A DNA stretch of 64,000 nucleotides from Deltaproteobacteria bacterium (lineage in GTDB: Bacteria; Desulfobacterota; Syntrophia; Syntrophales; JAIPED01): positions 206-64,205 of the forward strand of contig JAIPED010000001.1 in assembly GCA_021737325.1 (NCBI GenBank), given 5' to 3'. A program made the position numbers and the translations under genes. This document shows positions 17,979 through 27,294 of the stretch, in pieces (the first letter of the stretch is position 1; each line of letters begins with the position of its first letter). The notes beneath the pieces were generated by a model. That model saw nothing but the letters and a program-made list of their open reading frames with translations, had not been told where the DNA came from and did no database searches.

Positions 17979-19615
17979 TAGTTTGGGCATTTTTCCCTCT
18001 GCAAACATTGCCGCGCCCTTGTTACCGTGAGGCGATAACTGGCAACATCCCCGTTGATGCGCTCTTCATTCCACCCACATTTTTGTCCGATAAAACGGGC
18101 CAGCTCTGCGGCAACGCCAATGCCGTTATCCTCTTCACAAAGTGCCAGTGCCGTGCGCCTTAAGAGAACATCGCTGATACTCTCAATAAACTCGTTTTCC
18201 ACGATATAATCCACCTCCGCATAGAGGTAGCTACTAGTACCGACAGGTTTTAACAACTGGGGATCATCGGCGATTTTTGCCAAGATTATTTGCGCATTGG
18301 TACCATAGCGAGAAAAAAGACGACGCGTCAAACCAACATCCTGCCGCTGCGCGGCAGCCATTGCGGCAATAAGCGTTTCTTGCTGCGCTGGGGCAAAATC
18401 GCCGCCCGATATTGCCACCATTGGCGCATTGTAAAACCCTCTGCGCCCCAGCAGCCTGCGCGCCACCTTGGCCACGGCGCTCTTTGCCATAAGGCGATAG
18501 GTGGTCAGCTTCCCGCCCGCAATGGAAACTAGCCCCCGAGGGGAAACGATGACTTCAAAATCGCGGGAAAGATCATCTTCCTTCATACCTTCGTTACTTC
18601 CGATAAGTGGCCTCACCCCCGCGTAGGTAAAAAAAACATCCTCCCTGCCCAGTAGCGCTTGGGGAAATAATTTGTTTAGCCCTTCCAACAGGTAATCAAC
18701 CTCGGCGCTGGTGGCTTCTTGCGCGTCATCTATTTTTTGACAAAAGTTATCGGTGGTTCCCACCAGCAGGGTATCATGCCAGGGAACAAGATAGAGCCCC
18801 CTCCCGTCCCTTGGTGATTCCCAAGCAATGGTGTTGGCGACATTTAACCGCTCTTTTTTTAGCAGTAGATGAATGCCCTTTGCCTTGTGGAGGTTAAAAA
18901 ACTCCTGCTCGCCGGCAAGTTGAATAATCTCATCCGCCCAAGCACCAGTCGCGTTGATAACCGACCGCGCTTTCACGGTAAGCTCACGCGGGGAAATACC
19001 ATCTTGGATGGTAATGCACTTAACCTCGCCCTGTAGATCAATGGCGGTAACGGTGCCGTAGTTGAGTAAATCCGCGCCCAATTCGTGGGCTTTTTTAAGA
19101 GTGTCAATCACCAAGCGGGCATCATGCGCCTTGCAATCGTAAAAACCCATCGCGCCTCGTAATCCCCCAGGGGATAGGCTCGTCTCCGCCGCCCGCGCTT
19201 CTTGGTTGCTAAAAAAGCGCGGTGAGCCGATGTTACGAAAAATCGCCAGCGCCGTGTAGAGATAAACACCCACCATCATCGCCCAACGGGGAGTTTTGTA
19301 TCCTTTGTAGTTGGGAACGAAAAACATCGTGGGCTTGACAATATGCGGGGCTATGCGGGTGGCAAGGTTATGGCGCTCCGCACAGGCATCAAAAACCAGC
19401 TTAAAATGCCCATGCTCCAAGTAGCGCATTCCGCCATGGATGAGCTTGCCCGATTTGGAGCTGGTGCCGCTGGCAAAATCCGCCTTTTCTACCAACAAAA
19501 CCTTCAACCCGCAGAGCGACGCTTCCAGCGCCACCCCCGCGCCAGTGATACCGCCACCAACCACCACGATATCGTAGATTGATGCAGTAAGTTTTGCCCA
19601 GGCTTGGCTTCTCAT
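17978..19615 (-). CDS. FAD-dependent glycerol-3-phosphate dehydrogenase/oxidase (GlpD/GlpO-like)
   Basis: YDIVVVGGGITGAGVA..., GTSSKSGKLIHGGMRYLE. 545 aa. Confidence 0.85.
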   Translation of the reverse strand: MRSQAWAKLTASIYDIVVVGGGITGAGVALEASLCGLKVLLVEKADFASGTSSKSGKLIHGGMRYLEHGHFKLVFDACAERHNLATRIAPHIVKPTMFFVPNYKGYKTPRWAMMVGVYLYTALAIFRNIGSPRFFSNQEARAAETSLSPGGLRGAMGFYDCKAHDARLVIDTLKKAHELGADLLNYGTVTAIDLQGEVKCITIQDGISPRELTVKARSVINATGAWADEIIQLAGEQEFFNLHKAKGIHLLLKKERLNVANTIAWESPRDGRGLYLVPWHDTLLVGTTDNFCQKIDDAQEATSAEVDYLLEGLNKLFPQALLGREDVFFTYAGVRPLIGSNEGMKEDDLSRDFEVIVSPRGLVSIAGGKLTTYRLMAKSAVAKVARRLLGRRGFYNAPMVAISGGDFAPAQQETLIAAMAAAQRQDVGLTRRLFSRYGTNAQIILAKIADDPQLLKPVGTSSYLYAEVDYIVENEFIESISDVLLRRTALALCEEDNGIGVAAELARFIGQKCGWNEERINGDVASYRLTVTRARQCLQREKCPN

Positions 19616-21273
19616 AACAACTTCCCTGGATTCATTATCCCCGCCGGATCGTAGGCGTTTTTTAAAGAAGCAAGTAGCGCTTTTTCCCTTTCTCCTAGCG
19701 CAGCGAGGAAGTACTCTCTATGATCCAAGCCAACACCATGATGATGGCTAATCGGTGCGCCAAAAGCCACAATAGCTTCGCTTGCCGCCTTTTTTACCTC
19801 GTGCCATTGGGCCAGTTCCCTCCCCTTTTGCTGATTGGCAACGAAGGTAAAATAAAGCGACGCACCTTCTTTGTAGAGGTGGGAAATATGGGCAAAAACG
19901 GAAAAATTAACCCCTTGTTGGGAAAACGCCGAGGATATTGCCGCAATGACGCGGTGGTGTAAATCGCCGATTTTTTCCCAGGTTGTTGCCGTTTCTAGCG
20001 TGTCAATAAGGATACCGTTGTTGAGGAAATCATCGCGCAGATAAGGCAAAAAGAAACGATCTTTGAGCCATGACTTCCCAATGGAGGAACCAACATAGAG
20101 GTTACGGTAGCGGCGAAAAACTTCATGCACCAATGAGTGCATCCGCTCATTTTCCTTTCTGCTTCCTTCAAACCCCACCATCATTAAAACGCGCTTACCC
20201 GCACCAAACCCCATGAGATGAAAATAGGAAAATCCCAAGGCGTACAGGACTCTTTTGAGCTTCCTGGCGGGCTTTCTGTTGAGCTTGATCATGGATTCTG
20301 TTTCTTCCTCATCGGAAATGCGGATCAAGGCGGGAACGATGCCGTTTTGTAGCAATTCGCGGGACGCGGTGAAGGCGGAAGCAAAATCGGGGAAGAAGTA
20401 GGAAACATATTTCTTTTTGGGAGGCAGGGAGGAAACTTTCACACACAGCTCGGTGATAATTCCAAGAACACCCTCGCTACCAATCAGGATGTTCTTCATA
20501 TCGGGACCGCAGGCCTGATGTGTTCCCGCAGGAAGAACAACGACCCCGCGAGGGGTTACCATCGTCAAGCCAATGACGAGGTCCTCTATCTTGCCATAAT
20601 GGGTGGAGTTTTGCCCCGCCGAGCGCGTTGCCGCCCAACCCCCGAGGGTAGAAAATTCAAAGGATTGGGGAAAATGCCCCAGGGTGTATCCCCTGAGGTT
20701 GAGCTCTTCCTCCAATTCAGGGCCAAACTTGCCCGCCTCCACGCGAGCATAGAGGGCTGTTTCATCAATGGCAACGAGGCGATTCATCCGCGCCAAATCC
20801 ACACAGATCACTCCCCCGGCAAGCGGCAGAGCCTCCAAGCCACCCACAACGCTGGTGCCACCACCAAAGGGAACGACGGCTATTTGCAACTCTTCACAGA
20901 GGGCGAGGATCTTTACCAAGTCTTCGCCATTTGTGGGATAGACAACCACATCGGGAGCCTGCGCGATGGCCAGAGAGCGGAGGCGGATTGCATCACGATA
21001 GCTCTTGCCATAGGCGTGAATAATCCTTTCGTAGTCATCGCTAAAAACCGTGTTTTCTCCTAGTAGGTTCTGCAATTTTTCCCGCACGGAAAATGAAATG
21101 ACGGAAGCATTGAGCACAACATCGCGCCAATTAAAGTCTCGCTGATAGATGACCTCCTTCACCGCAAATTTCTCATGCAGATAATCCACGATGCCTTGAC
21201 GATGCGCCAAATCAAAGGAAACCCCCTCACGCCCCCAGCCCCACCATTTCATCCGATAGCCATGCTGCTTCAT
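19612..21273 (-). CDS. FAD-linked oxidase, alkyl-dihydroxyacetonephosphate synthase-like
   Basis: N-terminal KWWGWGREG, FAD-binding PCMH-type block VVPFGGGTSVVGG, C-terminal HHHGVGLDH. ATGA overlap with the glpD-like gene. Confidence 0.7.
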   Translation of the reverse strand: MKQHGYRMKWWGWGREGVSFDLAHRQGIVDYLHEKFAVKEVIYQRDFNWRDVVLNASVISFSVREKLQNLLGENTVFSDDYERIIHAYGKSYRDAIRLRSLAIAQAPDVVVYPTNGEDLVKILALCEELQIAVVPFGGGTSVVGGLEALPLAGGVICVDLARMNRLVAIDETALYARVEAGKFGPELEEELNLRGYTLGHFPQSFEFSTLGGWAATRSAGQNSTHYGKIEDLVIGLTMVTPRGVVVLPAGTHQACGPDMKNILIGSEGVLGIITELCVKVSSLPPKKKYVSYFFPDFASAFTASRELLQNGIVPALIRISDEEETESMIKLNRKPARKLKRVLYALGFSYFHLMGFGAGKRVLMMVGFEGSRKENERMHSLVHEVFRRYRNLYVGSSIGKSWLKDRFFLPYLRDDFLNNGILIDTLETATTWEKIGDLHHRVIAAISSAFSQQGVNFSVFAHISHLYKEGASLYFTFVANQQKGRELAQWHEVKKAASEAIVAFGAPISHHHGVGLDHREYFLAALGEREKALLASLKNAYDPAGIMNPGKLL

Positions 21274-21582
21274 TTTCTCTTACCTACCTTTTACCGGGAT
21301 ATGTGGCTTTGCGCATAGGCAAGCGCTTAAGGAAGGTCAAGGCGAAGTTAGCCAAAAGCCGATGCAATCAGGAGCGAGTACATTGGTCGCTGGGGCGACT
21401 AACAATTGGGGAGGACTTTTCGTAAAGTAGCCACAAAACAAACAATCTCATAACACCCACCAGACAAACCCCAAGACTGTTTTGATATGATTGTACAGAG
21501 GCTTACAGCAAAAAGTATTTTCTTGCGGTCAATGCTTAGTTGTTTTTATGGCAAAGCGCCGTTGTTTTCTATTTTAATAAAA

Positions 21583-21734
21583 AAGACCACCGCACAACCT
21601 ATTCCTCCAAGCAGTAACGAAAGAAGGAGCTTGTCTGCTGGTTAAAATAATCAAAATATTTCCAGCACATCTGGATTCCCGCTTTCGCGGGAATGACAGT
21701 CGGAAGCAAAGAGGTATAGTTGTGCAAGAGTCTT
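21583..21734 (+). mobile_element. MITE copy A (152 bp) with imperfect terminal inverted repeats and 5-bp TSD TAAAA
   Basis: Left end aagaccaccgcacaacct. The right end reverse-complements to aagactcttgcacaacta. It is flanked on both sides by taaaa and contains the hairpin attcccgc-tttc-gcgggaat. Confidence 0.75.
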
Positions 21735-21749
21735 TAAAAGGGGATTACG

Positions 21750-22949
21750 ATGAAGAAAATTCTGCCTATTTGCGTCTTTTTATGCCTGCTCGCTAGCTAT
21801 AGCTTTGGCAGTGAGTTGGGTAATACCCTAAGACAAGCTGAACAGGGAGATGCTAAGGCCCAGTATAATCTGGGCATGATGTATGCCAAGGGAGAAGGCG
21901 TTGAGCAGGACTATAAACAGGCGGCACAATGGTACACCAAGGCTGCCGGGCAGGGACAGGCTGACGCACAGAAAAATCTGGGAAGGATGTATGCCAGGGG
22001 CGAAGGAGTTGCGCAGGACCATAAACAGGCGGTGCACTGGTTCACCAAGGCCGCAGAGCAGGAAGATGCTGAGGCACAGAGCTATCTGGGGTGGATGTAT
22101 GTTAGGGGCGAAGGAGTTGCGCAGGACCATAAACAGGCGGTGCACTGGCACACCAAGGCCGCAGAGCAGGGAGACGCTTATGCGCAGTACTATCTGGGGG
22201 TGATGTATGAAAACGGAGAAGGCGTTGAGCAGGATTATAATCAGGCGGCACAATGGTACACCAAGGCTGCCGGGCAGGGACAGGCTAACGCACAGAAAAA
22301 TTTGGGAAGGATGTATGAAAACGGTCAAGGCGTAGAGCAGGACCATAAAGAGGCAGTGCACTGGTTCACCAAGGCCGCAGAGCAGGGATATGCTGACGCG
22401 CAGTACTATCTTGGGGTGATGTATGGAAACGGAGAAGGCGTTGCGCAGGACTATAAACAGGCGGTGCATTGGTACACCAAGGCCGCAGAGCAGGGATATG
22501 CTGACGCACAGAAAAATCTGGTAGTGATGTATGGCATGGGCAAAGGCGTTGAGCAGGACTATAAACAGGCGGCACAGTGGCTCACCAAGGTCGCAGAGCA
22601 GGGAAATGTTGGAGGACAGTTTGCTCTTGGCATGATGTACGCCAAAGGTCTACTAGGTGTAGCGCAGGATTATAAGCAGGCTATAAGGTGGTACACCCTG
22701 GCCGCAAAGCAGGGACAGGCTGACGCGCAGAAAGATCTGGGATGGATGTATGCCTCCGGCAAGGGCATTCCCCAAAACTATAAACTTGCTTATATTTGGG
22801 AGAGTTTAGCCGCAGCGCAAGGAAATAAAGATGCGTTAACAAAGAGAGACATTGTTGCTAAAAAATTATCCCCCGCACAAATAGCGGAGGCTCAGGAACT
22901 GGCGGTACAAATGCAAAAAAAGATCGATAGCCATCAGGGCAGGAAATGA
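21750..22949 (+). CDS. secreted Sel1-like repeat (SLR) protein
   Basis: Signal peptide followed by ~10 tandem 36-aa units (AQYNLG.MY..GEGV.QDYKQA..WYTKAAEQG.A.AQ). Confidence 0.88.
   Translation: MKKILPICVFLCLLASYSFGSELGNTLRQAEQGDAKAQYNLGMMYAKGEGVEQDYKQAAQWYTKAAGQGQADAQKNLGRMYARGEGVAQDHKQAVHWFTKAAEQEDAEAQSYLGWMYVRGEGVAQDHKQAVHWHTKAAEQGDAYAQYYLGVMYENGEGVEQDYNQAAQWYTKAAGQGQANAQKNLGRMYENGQGVEQDHKEAVHWFTKAAEQGYADAQYYLGVMYGNGEGVAQDYKQAVHWYTKAAEQGYADAQKNLVVMYGMGKGVEQDYKQAAQWLTKVAEQGNVGGQFALGMMYAKGLLGVAQDYKQAIRWYTLAAKQGQADAQKDLGWMYASGKGIPQNYKLAYIWESLAAAQGNKDALTKRDIVAKKLSPAQIAEAQELAVQMQKKIDSHQGRK
21850..22790 (+). repeat. tandem 108-nt coding repeats (Sel1 units)
   Basis: Near-identical blocks, for example ggcggcacaatggtacaccaaggctgccgggcagggacaggct at ~21920 and ~22244. 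Confidence 0.85.
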
Positions 22950-23101
22950 TATTTCGTGCGTTCGGATTACATGTTCCCCATAATTGCGTTGCCATATTTT
23001 CCATCAAATCGTTGACAACCGTGCAATTTAAGCCTCGCCACACATTTTTTGTGGCCACGGTTGTAAACCAATGCACCACATCCACCACCGAATACCCGTA
23101 G

Positions 23102-23130
23102 GGGCACCCCTTGTGGGTGCCCTTTATTAT
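23102..23130 (+). terminator. possible intrinsic terminator / REP hairpin
   Basis: gggcaccc-cttgt-gggtgccc followed by tttattat, ~150 nt downstream of the Sel1 gene. The motif ccgtaggggca recurs inverted at 23180-23190. Confidence 0.35.
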
Positions 23131-23287
23131 CATCGTTGCCATCCCCCTGCCCCGTATGTATTCAGGACTGTCACGGGGGCATGCCCCTACGGCAAACAGT
23201 GTTTATTAAAAGAAAGCCGTTTTAGCTTGGAATGTAGTGCCAATTTTGTTAATGCGCCGCGAGTTTTGCGAAAGATGGAGATTGTTG

Positions 23288-24811
23288 ATGAATAAAAAAC
23301 TTGTTGTTGCTCTGGTACTCCTTTTTCTTTTTCCCTCCACTATCTTAGCCATCTCCAGCAAAGAAACTCTCCGTTCGGGAGTAAAGGATGATGCCGAAAC
23401 CTTCTCGGCAGAGGAATCCTCCGCCAGCTCTGAGCAGAAAAATGGGGAAGCTGACGATATTTTTGAAGAGGCGCTGGAGTTGGTCGATGAGGCTAACGAG
23501 CTTATTGAAGAAGGCAAAACTGCTAAAGCGATCAAGATTTTAGATAGATCTTATCGGATGATGCTAAGCGGAAATGAAAATAACCGCCAGCAGGATGATC
23601 TAAGATTGGCAATTTCCCAATCAATCACCCATGCTTACGGTGCCAGCTTTTTCCGCACCAAGGGATTGCAAAGCGAGATACCCCTGCCTCTTAACGCGGA
23701 TGTGGAGGCGGAAATTCGTTCCTTTCAAACCCGCGAGCGGAGTTCTTTTATCGCCGCTTATCATCGCTCTTTTCTATACCGTCCGCTCATTGTCGCCGAA
23801 TTAAGAAGGGCGGGAATTCCCGAAGAGTTATCATGGTTGCCGCTGGTGGAAAGTGGCTTTAAGGTAAACGCCTATTCCCGCGCCCGTGCCTTGGGTTTGT
23901 GGCAATTCATTCCCTCCACCGGCTATCGCTACGGATTGGAAAGAGATATTTGGATTGATGAACGCATGGACCCCACAAAATCCACTGTGGCTGCAATCGC
24001 GTATCTTCGTGATCTCCATCATCTCTTTGGTGATTGGTTAACCGTGTTGGCTGCTTACAATTGTGGCGAAGGAAGGGTGATGAGGACCATTACCCGCGGG
24101 GGGGATGAGCAAGGGGATTATTTTTGGGATATGTACTCCAAGTTGCCCCGTGAAACGGCGCGTTATGTGCCGCGCTTTATCGCCACACTACACATCGTAA
24201 AAGATCCCGAAAAGTATGGGTTTGAATTACCCGCAGACGGTACAGCATTAGAAGACCATCGCATTTTAACTACAAATAAAACCATGCAACTTACCGCAAT
24301 CTCCAAGCTCGCGGGCATCGCTGATGAAATCCTTATTAGCCTCAATCCCGAGCTCCGTTTGAAAGCGACGCCTGATCGCGAATACTCCTTGCGGGTGCCG
24401 AAAGAAAACTACGCACACTTGGAGGCATCTATTGATAGCGTCCCTCAGTGGCGACATGTTGATAGCTCTCGTGCAGGAGTATCTTTTGTCCGCCACCGCA
24501 TTAGCAGTGGTGACACCCTCACCAGTATCGCCAGGCGATACGGAACCACCGTAAGCCAGATACGGGAACACAATGCCAGCCAACTCCGCAGGGGATTGAT
24601 CGCGGGAAAGACCATCATGGTGCCAGTTCGCCGTATAGCCGGTGGCGGTAAACAGAAGGGCGCGATAATGGGTGATTCTTATACGGTTAAAAAGGGAGAT
24701 ACGCTCTCAACAATCGCGAAAAGAAGTGGAATTGCAATTAGCGTAATTCAGCAGGAGAATGGCTTAACAGGCAATATCATCAGGCCCGGACAGGTCTTAA
24801 AGCTCAGGTAA
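23288..24811 (+). CDS. lytic transglycosylase (SLT domain) with two C-terminal LysM domains (MltD-like)
   Basis: Signal peptide MNKKLVVALVLLFLF. SLT catalytic region LVESGFKVNAYSRARALGLWQFIPSTG and AAYNCGEG. LysM repeats HRISSGDTLTSIARRYG and YTVKKGDTLSTIAKRSG. Start ATG 23288 has a GGAG RBS. Confidence 0.88.
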   Translation: MNKKLVVALVLLFLFPSTILAISSKETLRSGVKDDAETFSAEESSASSEQKNGEADDIFEEALELVDEANELIEEGKTAKAIKILDRSYRMMLSGNENNRQQDDLRLAISQSITHAYGASFFRTKGLQSEIPLPLNADVEAEIRSFQTRERSSFIAAYHRSFLYRPLIVAELRRAGIPEELSWLPLVESGFKVNAYSRARALGLWQFIPSTGYRYGLERDIWIDERMDPTKSTVAAIAYLRDLHHLFGDWLTVLAAYNCGEGRVMRTITRGGDEQGDYFWDMYSKLPRETARYVPRFIATLHIVKDPEKYGFELPADGTALEDHRILTTNKTMQLTAISKLAGIADEILISLNPELRLKATPDREYSLRVPKENYAHLEASIDSVPQWRHVDSSRAGVSFVRHRISSGDTLTSIARRYGTTVSQIREHNASQLRRGLIAGKTIMVPVRRIAGGGKQKGAIMGDSYTVKKGDTLSTIAKRSGIAISVIQQENGLTGNIIRPGQVLKLR

Positions 24812-24828
24812 CGATGGAGGAAGATTAA

Positions 24829-26154
24829 ATGATCACGCACCGAAATGAAAAAGTGTTTTTCGTGATGTTTTTATTGCTTATTTTTTTGGTGGCGGCGTTT
24901 TTTTTCTCCCCGTGGGGCGAAAAATTCGCCCCCAAAATTGTTATTAGTGGCGAAACTTCTCTAATCGGGGCACAGAAGGAAATTGCTTTAGATGTTGCTG
25001 ATACTAACAGTGGTTTAGCTCGTATAGAGGTTGCCTTTATTCAAAATGGAACAAAATACACCGCTTTTTTGAAGGAATTGGGCAAGGGAGAAGAAAATAA
25101 ATCGTTCCGTTCCGTTACTTTGTTAAAGCCCATAGAGATGGGGCTTAAAGCAGGCGTTGCAGAGTTGGAAATAACCGCCAGCGACCGTTCATTATGGAAA
25201 AATGAGGCAAAGATTTCTCAGCAGGTAGTCTTTGATTTCATCCCCCCACGCATCGCCATTAAATCAAAACTCCCCAATTATACCTCGCAGGGGGGATCAT
25301 CCGTGGTTGTTTATGAAGCATCCAAAAGACTCGTCAACACCAGCGTTGTTGTGCAAAATGAGAGCTATAGCGCCTTTCCCCTTGCGGGAAAAAACAACAC
25401 CTATGTTGCGTTTTTTGCCCTCCCGCTAAAGGGCAATCCCCGCGCCGCGATTCTCGCCGAGGACTTGGCGGGCAACCCCGTTCGGGTAAACATCCCCATG
25501 GTAGTAGCGACCAAGAGAATTGTTCACGACCGGATAGCAATATCCTCATCACTGTTGGCAAAAACCCAGGATTTTGCGCAACAATACAATAGCCTATTAG
25601 GCAAATCCGCTAGTGAAACTTTTAAGGCCGTCAACGGCGGGATTCGAGAGGAATCGGATAAACGCATTCGGGCGATATGCGCTGTTAGCGCTGGGCAAAA
25701 ATTCTGGGAGGGAGCCTTTTTACGAATGCAGGGCTCCGCAACAATGGCAAAATTTGGCGACCAGAGGACCTACCTGCATGAGGGAAAGATCTTGGGGCGT
25801 AGCGTCCATCTGGGTGTTGATCTGGCATCAACGGCAAATGCGCCGATAATGGCGAGCAACAACGGCATCGTGGTTTTTGCTGGCGATCTGGGCATCTATG
25901 GCAATACCGTTATCATTGACCACGGTCTGGGCTTGTTTTCCCTGTACGCCCACATGGACAGCATCGCCGTTGCCACGGTGGGAAGCATGGTTAAAAAAGG
26001 GCAGGTCATTGGGAAGAGCGGTTTAACAGGGCTTGCTGTGGGTGATCACCTGCACTTCTCTCTCCTCATCGGGGGTAATTTTGTAGAGCCGTTGGAATGG
26101 TGGGATGGCAGGTGGGTGGCAAACAATATTGAAGCGCGCATCAAAGCCATCTAA
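24829..26154 (+). CDS. M23-family (LytM-type) metallopeptidase
   Basis: N-terminal TM segment. HLGVDLAS..., IIDHGLGLFSLYAHM, GDHLHFS. Confidence 0.88.
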   Translation: MITHRNEKVFFVMFLLLIFLVAAFFFSPWGEKFAPKIVISGETSLIGAQKEIALDVADTNSGLARIEVAFIQNGTKYTAFLKELGKGEENKSFRSVTLLKPIEMGLKAGVAELEITASDRSLWKNEAKISQQVVFDFIPPRIAIKSKLPNYTSQGGSSVVVYEASKRLVNTSVVVQNESYSAFPLAGKNNTYVAFFALPLKGNPRAAILAEDLAGNPVRVNIPMVVATKRIVHDRIAISSSLLAKTQDFAQQYNSLLGKSASETFKAVNGGIREESDKRIRAICAVSAGQKFWEGAFLRMQGSATMAKFGDQRTYLHEGKILGRSVHLGVDLASTANAPIMASNNGIVVFAGDLGIYGNTVIIDHGLGLFSLYAHMDSIAVATVGSMVKKGQVIGKSGLTGLAVGDHLHFSLLIGGNFVEPLEWWDGRWVANNIEARIKAI

Positions 26155-26165
26155 AAACCGCCGCG

Positions 26166-26945
26166 CTATTGTTGCGCTCGCAGTTGCCGTGCCAACACCG
26201 CCGCACCAATGGCGCCATTTTCCTGCGGATATGCCGAAACCTTCACAGGAACACCTAACTTGTTACTGAGCGCCTTAACCAGGCCCGCATTTTTTGCCAC
26301 CCCGCCGGTCATGGTAACCTTGCTAGGACGCGCCAAGCGATTGCTCATCGCCAAGACCCGAGTGGCAATGGCTTGATGGATTCCGGCAATGATGTTTTCT
26401 CGCTTTTCACCGCTAGCGATAAGCGAGATTACCTCTGATTCTGCAAAGACGGTACAAATGTTGCTAATCGTGGCGGGATTATCGGCACGAAGTGAAAACT
26501 CGGCAAAGCTTTCCAAGTCCAACTCCAACGCCCTGGCCATGACTTCCAAGAATCGTCCTGTTCCTGCCGCACATTTATCGTTCATCAGAAAATTCTTTAC
26601 TCGTCCTGTGGCATCAAGCTCTATCGCCTTGCTATCCTGTCCTCCTATATCAATGACAAAACGCCCCTGAGGATCAAGGAAGTGGGCACCCGCCGCGTGG
26701 CAGGTTATTTCCGTTATCGCTTTATCCGCAAAGTTAACTGCACCCCTGCCATAACCCGTGGCGACAATGCTGGCCACATTACCTGCTTCAATACCTTGTT
26801 GCGCAAGCAATTCCTCCAAAACCCGTTTGGCGGCGGTGCTCGCGTTGTAGCCGGTAAAAGACACCCGCACCCCTAGCAACCTTGTTTCATCAAGCAGCGC
26901 AACCTTCGTAGAGATGGAACCAACATCAACACCCGCAAAAATCAT
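26166..26945 (-). CDS. BcrAD/BadFG-family ATPase (2-hydroxyacyl-CoA dehydratase activase-like)
   Basis: FAGVDVGSISTKVALL, cluster-ligand motifs NDKCAAGTGRFLE and ICTVFAESEV, then MTGGVAKN. Start at ATG 26945. Confidence 0.85.
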   Translation of the reverse strand: MIFAGVDVGSISTKVALLDETRLLGVRVSFTGYNASTAAKRVLEELLAQQGIEAGNVASIVATGYGRGAVNFADKAITEITCHAAGAHFLDPQGRFVIDIGGQDSKAIELDATGRVKNFLMNDKCAAGTGRFLEVMARALELDLESFAEFSLRADNPATISNICTVFAESEVISLIASGEKRENIIAGIHQAIATRVLAMSNRLARPSKVTMTGGVAKNAGLVKALSNKLGVPVKVSAYPQENGAIGAAVLARQLRAQQ

Positions 26946-27294
26946 TGCTTCTCCCTTCTTCTCTCCCTTGTTGAAGACCATTGCAGAACCGCGTTACTCC
27001 TGCCACCCGTCTTCACGAGTGCTAAGCTCCAGCGGGAGCCCCGAGGCACCTCTGAAATGTTTCCGTTGTTTTCTTCAATTGGGTAGCACTTTCGTTCGTT
27101 CCTGTTGGATAAACGATTTGCGCAAAGGCCTTTTGTTGGCGAAGGCACCATCCCCGCCACCGCATGGCAAGCACCTCTAAAGCTCTGGCACCTATGGAAA
27201 TTTTTCCTCGCCGCGGCTGGGAGAAATGACAGGAAACGCCAACACCCGCGCAAATTACAGGGAGCACTAACGCCACCAACGAATCTTACAACAT

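Noticed and set aside
21828-22469. 213-aa minus-strand ORF across the Sel1 repeats, and similar ORFs 31949..32542, 31980..32462 and 32561..32902 in the TPR gene
   Set aside because: These are periodic repeat artefacts. The sense frames give canonical Sel1/TPR consensus and a signal peptide, and the antisense frames give low-complexity sequence.
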